Origin: Lama guanicoe
Taxonomy: Eukaryota
Length of the DNA: 64,000 bases
Reading direction: 5' to 3'
NCBI GenBank assembly: GCA_013239625.1
Contig: MU054220.1
Span: forward strand, 3,037,374-3,101,373
Shown here: piece after piece, positions 50,864 to 62,257 of the stretch
How the letters are laid out: each line of letters starts with the position of its first letter
Position numbering within the stretch: position 1 is the stretch's first letter
Translations under genes and position numbers: made by a program
The notes under the pieces: generated by a model
Seen by the model: only the letters and a program-made list of their open reading frames with translations
The model's database searches: none
Told to the model about the DNA's origin: nothing

Positions 50864-51878
50864 GATCAGTGAGGTCCCTGAGCTCACCTTATGGGCAGAA
50901 GGGGGTGAGGGCCTAAGGGTGGAGGCATCTGAGGTCTGGCTGGGGATGGGGGTAGCTGGAGGAGCCGGTTCACTCTGCTGACATGGGGGTCATTTTCCCC
51001 AGGGCCTGGACCCCTCCCCGAGGGGCCAGGAGCAAATTCTGGAGGGCGCTGGAGCCTGGAAAGGGATGCTTCTCAGCAGCCCCTGAACCCTATCTCTGCT
51101 CTGAGCCAGTTGACTCTTAGAGACTCTGTGAGCCCAAAGAGTCCTCATCTGGAAGCTGGTGGCCTGCATCTGTAAATTGGGGGAGGGGGGGTCGTACAGC
51201 TTGACATAGTTATCCATCTTTCCCCGCCCAGTGGGCAAGGGCGAGCAGAGGCTGGCAGCCCACCAACTCATGGTGTACAGGGCTTATTTTCTGCACAGGG
51301 GCTGGAGTTAGGAAGCAGCATCTGAATGGACTCTTATTCCTCCTGGGGGTGGGCAGGAGCTGGAGGAAAGATGGACCACATGGGGAACTGGGTGCCAGCT
51401 CATGGGGGTAGAAGAAGATGCAGGTGGGCCCAGGAGATGTTGGCAGGGGGTGATAGACAGTGATGAGGGATGGCTTGAGGTGGAAACTGGTCATTCCCTA
51501 AATGGGGGAGTTGGGGGAGTTAAGGTCTTGCACAGTCAGGCCCCACTCAGGACTCAGTTCATGATTGGAGGACCCTGAATTCTGGAGGTTAAACCCCAGG
51601 GTACAGGGATGAGTTCGTTTAGTCCCCAGTAGCCCCTAGGAGTCCCTAGAAAATAGTGAAGTCTACCACAAGAATCATTTTGGCCTTGGTGCATGGGTGG
51701 GCATTGGGGCACAGAGCTGGGGGTACTTCCCCCAGCCGGCTGGGGACCACCTCCTCCAAGGGAGCAAGCCAGTGCCCTGGCTGTGTCAGGCACAGAGTCT
51801 GGCTGCTCCCTGATGGCTGCCCACCTTTGCTTACAGACCTCACATGGTGGAGAAGCAGCCCCATGAAGGTGCCCAGCC

Positions 51879-53114
51879 ATGCAATGTTCCTGGAAGGCTG
51901 TCCTCCTCCTTGCCCTGGCCTCCATCGCCATCCAGTACACAGCCATCCGCACCTTCACGGCCAAGTCCTTCCACACCTGCCCTGGGCTGGCCGAGGCCGG
52001 GCTGGCGGAGCGGCTGTGCGAGGAGGGCCCCACCTTCGCCTATAACCTCTCCCGCAAGACCCACATCCTCATCCTGGCCACCACGCGCAGTGGCTCCTCC
52101 TTCGTGGGCCAGCTCTTTAACCAGCACCTGGACGTCTTCTACCTGTTTGAGCCCCTCTACCACGTCCAGAACACGCTCATCCCCCGCTTCACGCAGGGCA
52201 AGAGCCCCGCGGACCGGCGGGTCATGCTGGGCGCCAGCCGTGACCTCCTGAGAAGCCTCTACGACTGTGACCTCTACTTCCTGGAGAACTACATCAAGCC
52301 GCCGCCCGTCAACCACACCACCGACAGGATCTTCCGCCGTGGGGCCAGCCGGGTGCTGTGCTCTCGCCCCGTGTGCGACCCTCCGGGCTCCGCGGACCTG
52401 GTCCTGGAGGAGGGGGACTGCGTGCGCAAGTGCGGTCTGCTGAACTTGACGGTGGCCGCGGAGGCCTGTCGGGAGCGCAGCCACGTGGCTATCAAGACAG
52501 TGCGGGTACCTGAGGTTAACGACTTGCGGGCCCTGGTTGAAGACCCCCGGTTAAACCTCAAGGTCATCCAGCTGGTCCGAGACCCGCGTGGCATCCTGGC
52601 TTCCCGCAGCGAGACCTTCCGCGACACGTACCGGCTCTGGCGGCTGTGGTACGGCACCGGGAGGAAGCCCTACAACCTGGACGTGACGCAGCTGACCACG
52701 GTGTGCGAGGACTTCTCCAACTCCGTGTCCACCGGCCTTATGCGCCCGCCGTGGCTCAAGGGCAAGTACATGCTGGTGCGCTACGAGGACCTGGCCAGGA
52801 ACCCCATGAAGAAGACCGAGGAGATCTACGGTTTCCTGGGCATCCCCCTGGACAGCCACGTGGCGCGCTGGATCCAGAACAACACGCAGGGAGACCCCAC
52901 CTTGGGCAAGCACAAATATGGCACCGTGCGAAACTCGGCGGCCACAGCCGAGAAGTGGCGCTTCCGCCTCTCCTATGACATCGTGGCCTTTGCCCAGAAC
53001 GCCTGTCAGCGGGTGCTGGCGCAGCTGGGCTATAAGATGGCCACCTCGGAGGAGGAGCTCAAGAACCCCTCCATCAGCCTGGTGGAGGAGCGGGACTTCC
53101 GCCCTTTCTCGTGA
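51879..53114 (+). CDS. CHST1: Carbohydrate sulfotransferase 1 (keratan sulfate Gal-6-O-sulfotransferase), 411 aa, single coding exon
   Basis: Intact 411-aa ORF from MQCSWKAVLLLALASIAIQY to EERDFRPFS. It has a type II signal-anchor, the 5'-PAPS motif TRSGSSF, the 3'-PAPS motif RDPRGILAS, RYEDL, and sequons NLS/NHT/NLT/NNT. Start context is gccATG with an in-frame TGA at 51864-51866, so there is no N-terminal extension. It matches my recollection of mammalian CHST1 almost residue for residue. Confidence 0.99.
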   Translation: MQCSWKAVLLLALASIAIQYTAIRTFTAKSFHTCPGLAEAGLAERLCEEGPTFAYNLSRKTHILILATTRSGSSFVGQLFNQHLDVFYLFEPLYHVQNTLIPRFTQGKSPADRRVMLGASRDLLRSLYDCDLYFLENYIKPPPVNHTTDRIFRRGASRVLCSRPVCDPPGSADLVLEEGDCVRKCGLLNLTVAAEACRERSHVAIKTVRVPEVNDLRALVEDPRLNLKVIQLVRDPRGILASRSETFRDTYRLWRLWYGTGRKPYNLDVTQLTTVCEDFSNSVSTGLMRPPWLKGKYMLVRYEDLARNPMKKTEEIYGFLGIPLDSHVARWIQNNTQGDPTLGKHKYGTVRNSAATAEKWRFRLSYDIVAFAQNACQRVLAQLGYKMATSEEELKNPSISLVEERDFRPFS

Positions 53115-53140
53115 CGAGGGCTCCGTGGGTGGGGGCGAGG
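51950..53140. other. Intragenic CpG-rich segment coinciding with the CHST1 CDS
   Basis: Very high GC3 and CpG density relative to the flanking intron and UTR. Confidence 0.7.
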
Positions 53141-53414
53141 GGCACATGGTGTCGGTTTTGATAAAATGGACCGTTTTTAACTGTTGCCTTATTTCCCCTT
53201 CACTCTCCCACCCGGTCTTTGTGTCCTACCTGCCCCCCTCCCCTCTTCTGCCTCTCTTTGTCTCTGAAATTTGCACTACGTCTTGGACAGGAATCACTGG
53301 GGGCAGAGGGGACGTGAAGTGGGGTCCAGCCCCCACCCCACCCCATTCAGACATGCTGATATTGGGTCTCTGGTGGACGGTGACAATGTTTACAAGCACC
53401 ACACTTCTACATTC

Positions 53415-53463
53415 ACATACGCGCGCACACACACACACACACACAAACTCACACACACACACA
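53415..53463. repeat. (CG)n(CA)n microsatellite in the CHST1 3'UTR
   Basis: cacatacgcgcgcacacacacacacacacaca...cacacacacaca. Confidence 0.95.
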
Positions 53464-53941
53464 GGCGCCCACGAGGAGAGACACCCCAAACCACACAACT
53501 TCTGAAGCATTTTGAATGGGCGAGTGGTCAGGGTATGGTAGTTTTTGCACTGTCTTACTGCTACAAGGTAAGAGGTTAAAATCAAAAAGGCCACCTCTCT
53601 CTAATTTGTGTCTATCTCTCCCCATCCTGCTTCAGTTCCCAATGCCTACTGCCCCCTTTGGAGCAGAGAAACTGCCCCCTCCTGCCTGCCCTTGCCTGCC
53701 GGTGAGCAGGTTTTTACTGTGAGGTGAATGTGGACCTTGTTTATTTTTTCCAGTCTGTGGCAATGCTATTTGTCTGTCTGTCTCTGAGTTTTGTGGCTGC
53801 CCCGGACCAGTGATGACTGATAAATGTTATGGGTTTCTGATCGATCTTGGGGTCCATCTGTGATATTTCTTTGTGCCAAAAAGAAAAAAAAAGAGTGGTT
53901 CAGTTTGCTAATGAACATTGAAATGCTTTATCTGTGTTTTC

Positions 53942-53985
53942 TGTAAATAAAAGAGTGCTGTAATGTCTGGGTGTGATTGTGGGAC
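53942..53985 (+). terminator. CHST1: CHST1 polyadenylation signal
   Basis: TGTA (53942) directly upstream of AATAAA (53946-53951), followed by GU-rich tgtctgggtgtgattgtggg. Confidence 0.8.
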
Positions 53986-54604
53986 ATTCTGAATGGGCAA
54001 GAAACATCTAGACCCCACCAAGGTGTTTCTGGCTTTGGAAGAGGAGAGAGAAGGAGATGGAGGTGGGAATTCAGTGACCAGTCTCTGGCTTTCAGAACTC
54101 ATGTCACTCTCATCACCCTCAACACCGAGTTCAGGGTTTCATTTCCCCTCAATCAGTTGAGACCAAGCACCTTACAGCCAGGGGTGACCTTCAGAATATT
54201 TACCAAGTAGTATGATTTGCCTGGTAATCCTGATGAGGTCCTGGTCACCTTTTTCTGTGCCAGATGTTACCCCTTTAACTGCTGGACCTGGGGCCAGGAT
54301 AGCCAGGGAAGGGAACTATTCAAGGTGTGGGTTGGCTCAGGGCAGTGGTCTGGAAGCATTTCAGTATTTTAACACCTAGTGCTGGCGTACTGGGGTCTAC
54401 ACTGGGGGAACATCAACCTTGCTTACTTCCCTTCCCATCCTTGGCAATCTAGCAGCTTCCTCCAAGCAGCTTCCTCAGCTCTTATTCCAAGAAAACAGCT
54501 GTCCCCTGGGGTGGAGTTCACAGTTTTGTTGTCCTGAGACAATGAGAGTGTCTAGGATTAGGCAGCCCCAGTGGTTCTGGGCTTCCTGAGGAAACCAAGT
54601 CCTG

Positions 54605-54995
54605 GGTCGTATTACATGATTCAGCGGCTAGAGCAAACACCATAGATAATAGTAGTTTAATCAAGAAAGGCAATTTAACGGTGCGTGCAGGCTGGTCAGA
54701 GCTGTCATAGTGGCTCCCAGGCTGTGTGCCCAGATATTAGGGGACTTGGCTCCTTCCATGTTGTTTGCACCCTACAGTCCTAAGGTGTTACTTTTGGCTT
54801 TATGGTCCAAGATGTCTCACCAGGCAGTGGGAAGGAGAGAAAAACAAGAAAGGACACACGTCTGCTATTTGTGAGCAAACCCCCCAAAGTTATAGATATC
54901 ACTTTCATTCATGCCTCATTGGCTGGAACCTGGTCACATGGCTATATTTAGATGCAAGGGAGGCTGGGAAATGTAGTCTTTTATTTGGGTGGCCA
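54605..54995 (-). mobile_element. MaLR LTR (MLT1J/K-like)
   Basis: Diagnostic cattggctggaacctggtcacatggc...tgcaagggaggctgggaaatgtagtc. Confidence 0.75.
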
Positions 54996-56239
54996 TGACT
55001 ATTAAAGTGGCCAATAGTCAAAGGCTTATCTTCCTGGACTTCAGGTTTCTTTTCTACAAAAGGGAGACAGATTTACATCCTCATATTTCAAGACCAGGAA
55101 GCTGGCTTGGAGAAGTCTCTGCCAGGACTGGTGGGTGCAGCCTGGAGCTTTCAGTGCCCTCTTTGCACCTCTGGTTCACAGGCGCTTCTTCACAGGCACT
55201 TCTTCTCCAGCCTGTGGTAAGGGAGCCAACGTGTAAGTTGGCATCAGTGCCCAGATAATCAGTGCCTTGCTCTTGGCCAGTTGGTTCTAGCACCTAGAGA
55301 AGGCCTGCTCCAAAGGAGGCCATGGCTGGCTGGTTCTTTTCCTGTTACAGTAAATGATGTTGTGGTGCTTATGTCCCAAAGAGCTCCCTTCTCTTTGCTA
55401 TTTGATTGTCCTGCTTTGGATTATTCCAGAGCCTGGAAGCCTGTATTCTGTGGGTGGGTGGCTTCATGCTGGAACCATGAAACACTGGAGTTTCTGGGCT
55501 GCTTAGAAAGAACCCCTCCCCTTGACTTTTATGGCAAAAGACTTTAATAATGTTGCTGGGGTTTTCAGAGAAAAGCCCTTTTTAGTGATGGAATCATTCA
55601 TTCATTCAAGTATTGCTGACTCTTCTATATACAGGCCCCAGGGTTATGGGTATTCCTTCAAGAAAGTCAGTCTAGTGGGAGACAAACAGGTAAATAGATG
55701 ATTACAATGTGGGCAAAGCACTGTCCCCACAGGTGTATGCTGCACAGGCAGGGCTGGGCCCCACACTCACTTGGTCCTAGAAACCACAAGGCCACATAAT
55801 GGGTCACAGGCTTAGTCCCTCAGTGTCATGGCTCATTCAATATGTCTGTTCTTGGGGCTTACAGAAGTCATGGGGGGCTTCTCTGAGGTGGAAGTGGCTG
55901 AATTGAGAGTCTTGGGAACTGGTCCTATGGAGGGGGTGAGAAGATGATTCTGAGGTGAGGGAGAAGCAGGTGCAAAGAGACATTGGCAGGAAGGTATGGA
56001 GCATTTATAGCTGTGTAGGCTGCGGGCAGGGATGTGTGGGGCAGACCATGCATGTGTCCTGCTGTCAGCTTCTCAAGCTTGGAAGAGAAGGTCACCCAGG
56101 GTAGTTCAGCCTTCAGGGGATTTATTTATGATGACCAAAACCACATGACAGAGAATATCAGAAACCAAAGGGCTGGCCTGCTTTCAGAGTAAAGAGCAAG
56201 TTCTTAGAGTGCTCTTGGGGGCCCCTTCACATTTCACTC

Positions 56240-57090
56240 TCTAGTCTTTGTGATTTCTTTTAATTCCTTGAACACACTGGGATAGATTATTGTGGTTACA
56301 GTCCCCAATTCATTTACACCTCCCTGAAACCACACCCTTGGGTAATGCCCTCCCTCCCACACTGATCTGAGCTGAGCCATGTGCCTTGCTTTGGCCAGTG
56401 GGACAATAGTCAATGTGATGGATACTGAGGCATGAAAAGTACCTGAACTTTGAAACTTGTCCTTTTCTGCTGTCTTTGGAAGCCTAGGGTAGCTTGCTAG
56501 AAAATAACAGACCATGGGGTAAAGAACCAAAGAGCCCCAGCCAATGGTCCCATCAATTCCTCACTGACTTGGCAACTGATGCAGGAGCCCAGGTGAACCC
56601 AGTCAAGGTCAGTACACAATCTGACCTAGATTGTTAGAACGTCCTAGCTGAACTCAGCCAAATTTCTGACCTACAAACCTGATGGTTAAAAAAGTGGTTG
56701 TGGTTTTAAGCCACTAAATTTTGGATTGACTTGTTATGCAGCAGAAGCTAACCGATACACACAGCACTCTGTCTCATTGCAGGGTCTTTGCCTCAATCAC
56801 TCCTTGTGCCTGGATTATGCTTCTCCCCCTCTTTACCTATTTAATGTCCATTTATTCTCTGGATCTCAGCTTCATTATCAAGAAATACTTCATTGGTTTT
56901 GTCAGATTAGTTCAGTTATCCTGATCACAGTCTCTTATATAACTGATTGTGTATCATATACTCTGATTATAGGCCCTTAGGCACCAAGCACCTCTCTTTT
57001 ACAGTGTTCACCACAGTTATAATCACACTTTTTATTACAGGACCTGGCATGCAATAGCATCCAATAAACATTGGTTGCATGAATAAAACA
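56240..57090 (+). mobile_element. L2 3' fragment split by the MLT1 LTR
   Basis: ttccttgaacac | cagggtctttgc...tgcctgga, and tail acctggcatgcaatagcatccaataaacattggttgcatgaat. Confidence 0.6.
56278..56759 (+). mobile_element. MaLR LTR (MLT1G/H-like) inserted in an L2
   Basis: gccatgtgccttgctttggccagtgggaca and 3' end ttttaagccactaaattttgg...ttgttatgcagcagaagctaaccgataca. TG..CA ends with flanks cacac/cacag. Confidence 0.8.
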
Positions 57091-57960
57091 GATGCTTCCT
57101 ATTTAATAAAAGAACTTACTTGTCTTGGGCCTTCACTAGGGGTTGGGCAAGGCCTTTTAGGGATTTGAATGAGAATGGAGGCAGCTAATATCTGCACACC
57201 GACACTGACTCTCCCACTTCTTTGTCGCGGTGCCATCACCTGTTTTGCCACTTGTTACAATTTCCGAGGTTAATGCTCCGAAGGAGAATAAGAGTGAACA
57301 GACACATATACAGAATTTTACAGTTTACAAAGCACTCTTCCCCCTCCTATTAGTCACACCTCGCCGGCGGCTGTTTCCTGATGACACAGAGGCACCTTTT
57401 TCTAGCCAGGAAATGGTGGTCAGAGCACCACGTCAGCAGGGTAGGCCCCACCCCCACCTCTTCTGTGTGTAGCGCCTTGATGGCTTAGATCCTAAGGACT
57501 AACTTCCTGGTCTCACCCCCATACTCAGGGCCCCTCTCACCCACAGCTCTAGGGGCCATGGGCTGCCAATTTTTTTCATCACAGACTTCCTCTGTTTGTG
57601 TGTTCCCCACCTGCTCACCCTTGTTGCTTTCCTTGCAACAGCAGACACTCTGGCCTCCCCCATCCACTTCCCCGGAGCTCTGTGGAGCTCGCTGGGCACC
57701 ACTTCCTATCATTCCAAACGGTATTGTTCAGAAGCAACCTGCCATTCCTGACTTATCCCTCCCTGGGGAAGAATTTCTCCCTGCTCGAATGCCTTTCCTG
57801 GTTGGGAAGGATAAGATGTGAAACCCCTTCACAGACCCATTGAGAAAACATACAGGCCGGGAAACAGGTTGGAACGAAGTCCCCACAGGCAGGTAGCCAA
57901 GGTTTGGATGCACCAAGGGGTAAAGTGGCAGCCATGGACTGAGCGGTCACTGGCGTGGGC

Positions 57961-57994
<34 letters not shown>
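57961..57994. repeat. (TG)14(CG)3 microsatellite, Z-DNA prone
   Basis: Uninterrupted alternating purine-pyrimidine run. Confidence 0.95.
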
Positions 57995-58129
57995 CCACCC
58001 AAACCTCCAATCTACTTACCCTGCCTCCCTCTCGTTGCACTTTCTGCTTCGTGAGTTGTCACCTGCTGATGACTTGTAATTGCAATAAGTCCTATTCATC
58101 TTGGGAACTGTTGTGATAAAATGCTTGAT

Positions 58130-58450
58130 TTTTGGTTCCAGTCACATCTTTGGCACTGCTTGCTGTGTGATCTAGCGCCCATCCCTTAATCTTTCTCAGC
58201 TTCCATGTTCTTATCTGTACAGAGAACAACCTTATGATACCTGCCTCAGAGGGCTTCTCTGAAGATTGCATAAGGTAATGCATGTAAGTGCGGAGCGCCA
58301 CACTTGGTGTATAGGGAGTGCTCAGTGAATGCTAGCCATTATCATCCTCATCACCATCATCATTATCATCACCATCATCATTGTACCCACTGTTCCTAGC
58401 AGGGTGCCTGGAATATGGCAGCTGCTCAATGAATATTTGTTGAATGAGTA
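58130..58450 (+). mobile_element. MIR SINE with (CAT)n tail followed by an L2 3' end
   Basis: tcttatctgtacagag...atacctgcctcagaggg...gcatgtaagtgc; (CAT)n at 58337-58382; ttcctagcagggtgcctgg...ctcaatgaatatttgttgaatga. Confidence 0.75.
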
Positions 58451-61101
58451 CTTTTGTATGTGTGTGTGAACTCTTCTAATTTGAACTGCTGTCAATGTAC
58501 AAAGTTACACCTGAATAAAATGGCAAAATGGCACAGGAGCCTATGCGGTCTCTTTATCAGCCAAGGCCTAGACCCGAGGGCTAACTAAGGGGAGAGACGA
58601 GCTAGAAATGCCTGAAGAATGGCTGCTAAGCATAGGGAAAAGCTGGCTGACCCATAGGATGGTACCTGTAGGCTTAAGGTAAACCTCAGGAGTAGAAAAA
58701 GTAGAAGTTGGCTGAGTTGACCTGCCATCTTCTGGCCAATTTCCCAAGATTGTCTAACTTCCTGGCTGCCTGGGGTGGCCCCACATCAGCTGCTCAGCTG
58801 CTACATCTAGGTCAGATGGACTTGACCTTTCTGTCCTCTTTAAGGCACCTGCATCGGTGCTCCTTTTCAATTCATGAAGGATGGTTTTTAGCACGGGGGC
58901 CCAAATGTCTTCTTCCTCTTGAAGGCCAAGGGAAGCCCAATGTCTCCTACAGTGAAGGATGTAGAGGTTTCTTAAGCCTGAATCTTAGAGCTTCCTGGAG
59001 TGGGTCTGGGAACAGCCAGCCCACCACACCCAACTGTTGGAGATTTCCTCCCAGGTGAATTCTAGCATTGTGGCCTCAGGCAACAATGCCTTCTTCCTGC
59101 TTTGCTTTCTGCTTTCTTCCTTCCTTGGTAATACAGCCTTCAGCAATGCCATTCTGGCCTTGGGCTGGCTTTGGGAAGCTGGATGTGGCTTTGGGACAAG
59201 GATCTTTGTACAGGAGGCATTTAGAACCATCCAGGAAGAGTAGGAAATTAGCAACTAAGGTGATGGAAGAGTCACCTTGAGAACTTGTCCACTGTGTCTA
59301 GTCAAGTTAAACATATTGGCCAAATATCTCTTCTGACTTTAAAAAAATCTATTTATTCTGATGATTACTGAGAAAGGCGTGTTAAAGATTTCATACTGTG
59401 ATTGTGGCTAGATTGACTTATCTATTTCTCTATATGGCTCTGTCATTTTTTTGCTTTATGATTTTGAGATTGTATTTTTAGGTGCATACAAATCTAAAAT
59501 TTTCACGCATTTCTGGTGATCTGAACCTTTTCTTATTATGAAGTGTTCCTGTTTACCACAGTAATGCTTCTGCCTTTAAGTCCATTTTGTCTAATGTCAA
59601 TATACCAACACTAGCCTTCTTTGGGTAGAATTTGTGTAATTTGTTACTCCATCTTTTAGCCCATGTATGTGCTTTGTAATTACTGATATATTTGCATTTA
59701 TTGCTACCATCTTATTTTGTGCTTCCTATTTGTCTTACCTATTATGTGCTTTTTTAACCATGTGTTTGATTCAGTATTTTTTGTCAGTATTTTTTTTTTT
59801 TTGTCTGTTACATCCTTTTCCCTCCACTGATTAGAAATTTACGTATATGTTTCTATTCCTTTAGTGGTAAGCTTAGAAATAACAAATTCCTTTCTCAGTT
59901 TATCCAAGTTTAACTTATTCAATATCTTTACCCTTTTCTTGAAAAACACACTTAATACCTTAATACACCTTAATTCCATTTGTCGTCTTTTAAGCCCTCT
60001 GTGATTGTTGTGATGCATTTTTGAAAGAATTATGTGTGGTCCTTGGTTGTCTTTTTCTAAATGACCAACTTTGTTAGGGTATCATTTACACACAATACAC
60101 TTCACTCATTTTAAGTATACTGTTTGATCAGCTTTGACAAGTGCATAATTAGGCAACCAACACCACAATCAAAATATAGAAAAGTTCAACCCAAAATTTC
60201 CCTTGTGCCCTCTTGCAGTCAATTTCCTTCTCCAGCTTCCAGAACTTGGCAACCATTGAACTTCTTTCTGTCACTGTAGTTTTACCTTTTCTGGATTTTG
60301 TATAAATGGAATCATAAATACACAGCCTTTTGTGTCTGGCTTCTTTTACTTAGTTGACTGTTGATAGTCATTCATGCTGAATGTATCAGTGGTCTGTTTC
60401 ATTTTATTGTTGAGTGCTCTTCATTCCTTTGTGTAGACCCAGATTTCCTCCTGATAGCTTTCTCTTTCTGCCTAAAGAACTTTTTATTTAATATTTCTTG
60501 GAGTGCAGGTCAACTGATGAAAATAAATTCTTCCAGATTTTGTCTAAAAGTCTTTATTTTGCCTTCGTTTTTGACAGATATTTTTGTTGGCTTTAGAATT
60601 CTAACTTGGTAGCTTTTCTTTCAGCAGTTTAAAGATTTTTGATTTAGTGTCTTCTGCCTTATATTGTTTCTGATGGGAAGTCTTCTATAATTCTTATTTT
60701 TTTCCCCTTTATATATCTCTTTTCTCTAGCTGCTTTTAAGGTTTTTTTCTTTATCCCTGGTTTTCAACAACTTTGATTATGATGTGCTTTCATATGTTTT
60801 TCTTTATTATTATTCTGTTTGGGGTTCATCAAGCATTTTGTATTTGTGGGTTTATAGTTTTCATCAAATCTGAAAAGCTTCAGTCATTTTTCTCTTTCTG
60901 TCTCTCCCCTTTCCTGAGACTCTGATTATGTAAACTTAAGGCACTTTGACATTGTCCCACTGGTGACTGATGCTTGTTTATTTTTTTTTCATCCTTTTTC
61001 CTCTCTGTGCCTAATTTGGATAATTTCTAATGTTATGTTCTCAAGTTGTCTGAATACTTCCTTTGCAGTGTCTAATCTGCTATTAATCCCATCCAGGATA
61101 C

Positions 61102-61246
61102 TTTTTCTTTTTGAGTGGGGTAGGGGTGAGGGGAGGGAGGTAATTAGATTTATTTATTTATTTATTTTTAGAGGAGGTACTGGGGATTGAACCTGGACCT
61201 CCTGCATGCTAAGCATGTACTCTACCACTTGAGCTATACCCTCCCC
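61102..61246 (-). mobile_element. Young tRNA-Ala-derived SINE (camelid Vic-1 type) with target-site duplication
   Basis: Reverse complement is GGGGAGGGTATAGCTCAAGTGGTAGAGTACATGCTTAGCATGCAGGAGGTCCAGGTTCAATCCCCAGTACCTCC, with A and B boxes, then (AAAT)n, a C-rich tract and an A tail. TSD is catccaggata (61090-61100) / catccagcata (61248-61258). Confidence 0.88.
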
Positions 61247-61513
61247 ACATCCAGCATATTTTTTTCATTTCATTTCATATTTGTACTTTTCCTTTCTATA
61301 TGGTCTTTTATTTTATAATTTCATTTTATCCTCATTGTATTCATGTTCTCCTTTGCATCTTTGAACATTTTTATAAAATTTGTTTTAAAGTCCTTGATGA
61401 CTAGTTCTTTTATTGCTAGGTCTGTTTTTATTGATTGATTTCTTTTCCTCCTGGTCATGAGTCATATTTAATTGCCTGTGTGTGTGTGTGTGTGCCTAGT
61501 AATTTTAATTGGA

Positions 61514-62257
61514 TGCCTAGTCAAGGGCCAGGAAAAGACAGAAATCACATCAGTAATTTCAACAGGGACATTTTAATATAAATATTATTAGCCCACAAAA
61601 TATGATTAATTACTGAAAAAGATAAAAAAAGAACTCTAAGGAATATAAGAATAACAAATGCAGGAAGCCCTACTCTCTCTCCTTCTGGGGCTGAGGGAGA
61701 GTAAACAAGGAAAGAATTAAGAACCTGGAAGAGGCATCCACCATACCTCCTTCTTAGATTCAAATTTTGTTGGAGAAGATGTGGCTGTCACATGAACATA
61801 TAACTTACCAGAGAAGAAACTTTCCAGAGAGTGTGGACTGGATTGTTTCATAACAGCAGTCCACCAGATGGCTGAAAAACTCACTAGAGGGTGCAGGGGG
61901 GCCATAACTGGTTTATAGGATCTGCCTGTCAAGTGGCCAATAAGCTAGGGTGCCGGTGGGTCAGTGCTGATCTGCAGTTAGTGGTCTATTGGATTTCTTT
62001 TGGAGAATGAATGTCACTAGGCATCCAAAACACCACTGATAGTTGTGGAGATAAAACACAGTGGAACCAAGAAGAGAAACTCCTTCCTTAGCAATGGCCT
62101 TGCAGTGATATCTCCCCACCTATTCTAGCACCCTTTAAAGACAAATTGTAACATAGCACCAATTGGCAAAAGAGATAGATATTCAGAGCCCAGTTCCAGT
62201 ATCACAAAGCAGGGCAAAGAAAGGTGCATTTAGAACCAAGAGGTAATAATGGGCATA
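61514..62257 (-). mobile_element. ERVL solo LTR (LTR41/LTR52-like) nested in L1
   Basis: Purine-rich block interrupting the T-rich L1. It starts ctagtcaagggccaggaaaagacagaaatcacatcagtaatttcaacag and ends cccagttccagtatcacaaagcaggg...gggcata, with tgga on both flanks. Confidence 0.65.

Larger units (their letters stand above)
51837..53970 (+). other. CHST1: CHST1 terminal exon (42-nt leader, CDS, about 850-nt 3'UTR)
   Basis: Acceptor ccacctttgcttacag| at 51836; ATG 42 nt downstream; poly(A) signal at 53946. Confidence 0.85.

Noticed and set aside
51840-53147. Long antisense ORFs (214 aa and 198 aa) over the CHST1 CDS
   Set aside because: Shadow ORFs expected from very high GC3 codon usage; no recognisable domain.
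53112-53180. Stop-codon readthrough (TGA C) giving a short C-terminal extension
   Set aside because: Context is TGA CGA, not the strong TGA CTAG motif, and the downstream hairpin is weak.
53805-53856. C/D-box snoRNA or SECIS-like motif (GTGATGA...CTGA) in the 3'UTR
   Set aside because: Only about 30 nt between boxes, exonic location, stem too short for SECIS, and no in-frame UGA inside the CDS.
61170-61246. tRNA-Ala gene
   Set aside because: Has a SINE tail and TSD, and the tRNA body is degenerate; it is a tRNA-derived SINE.
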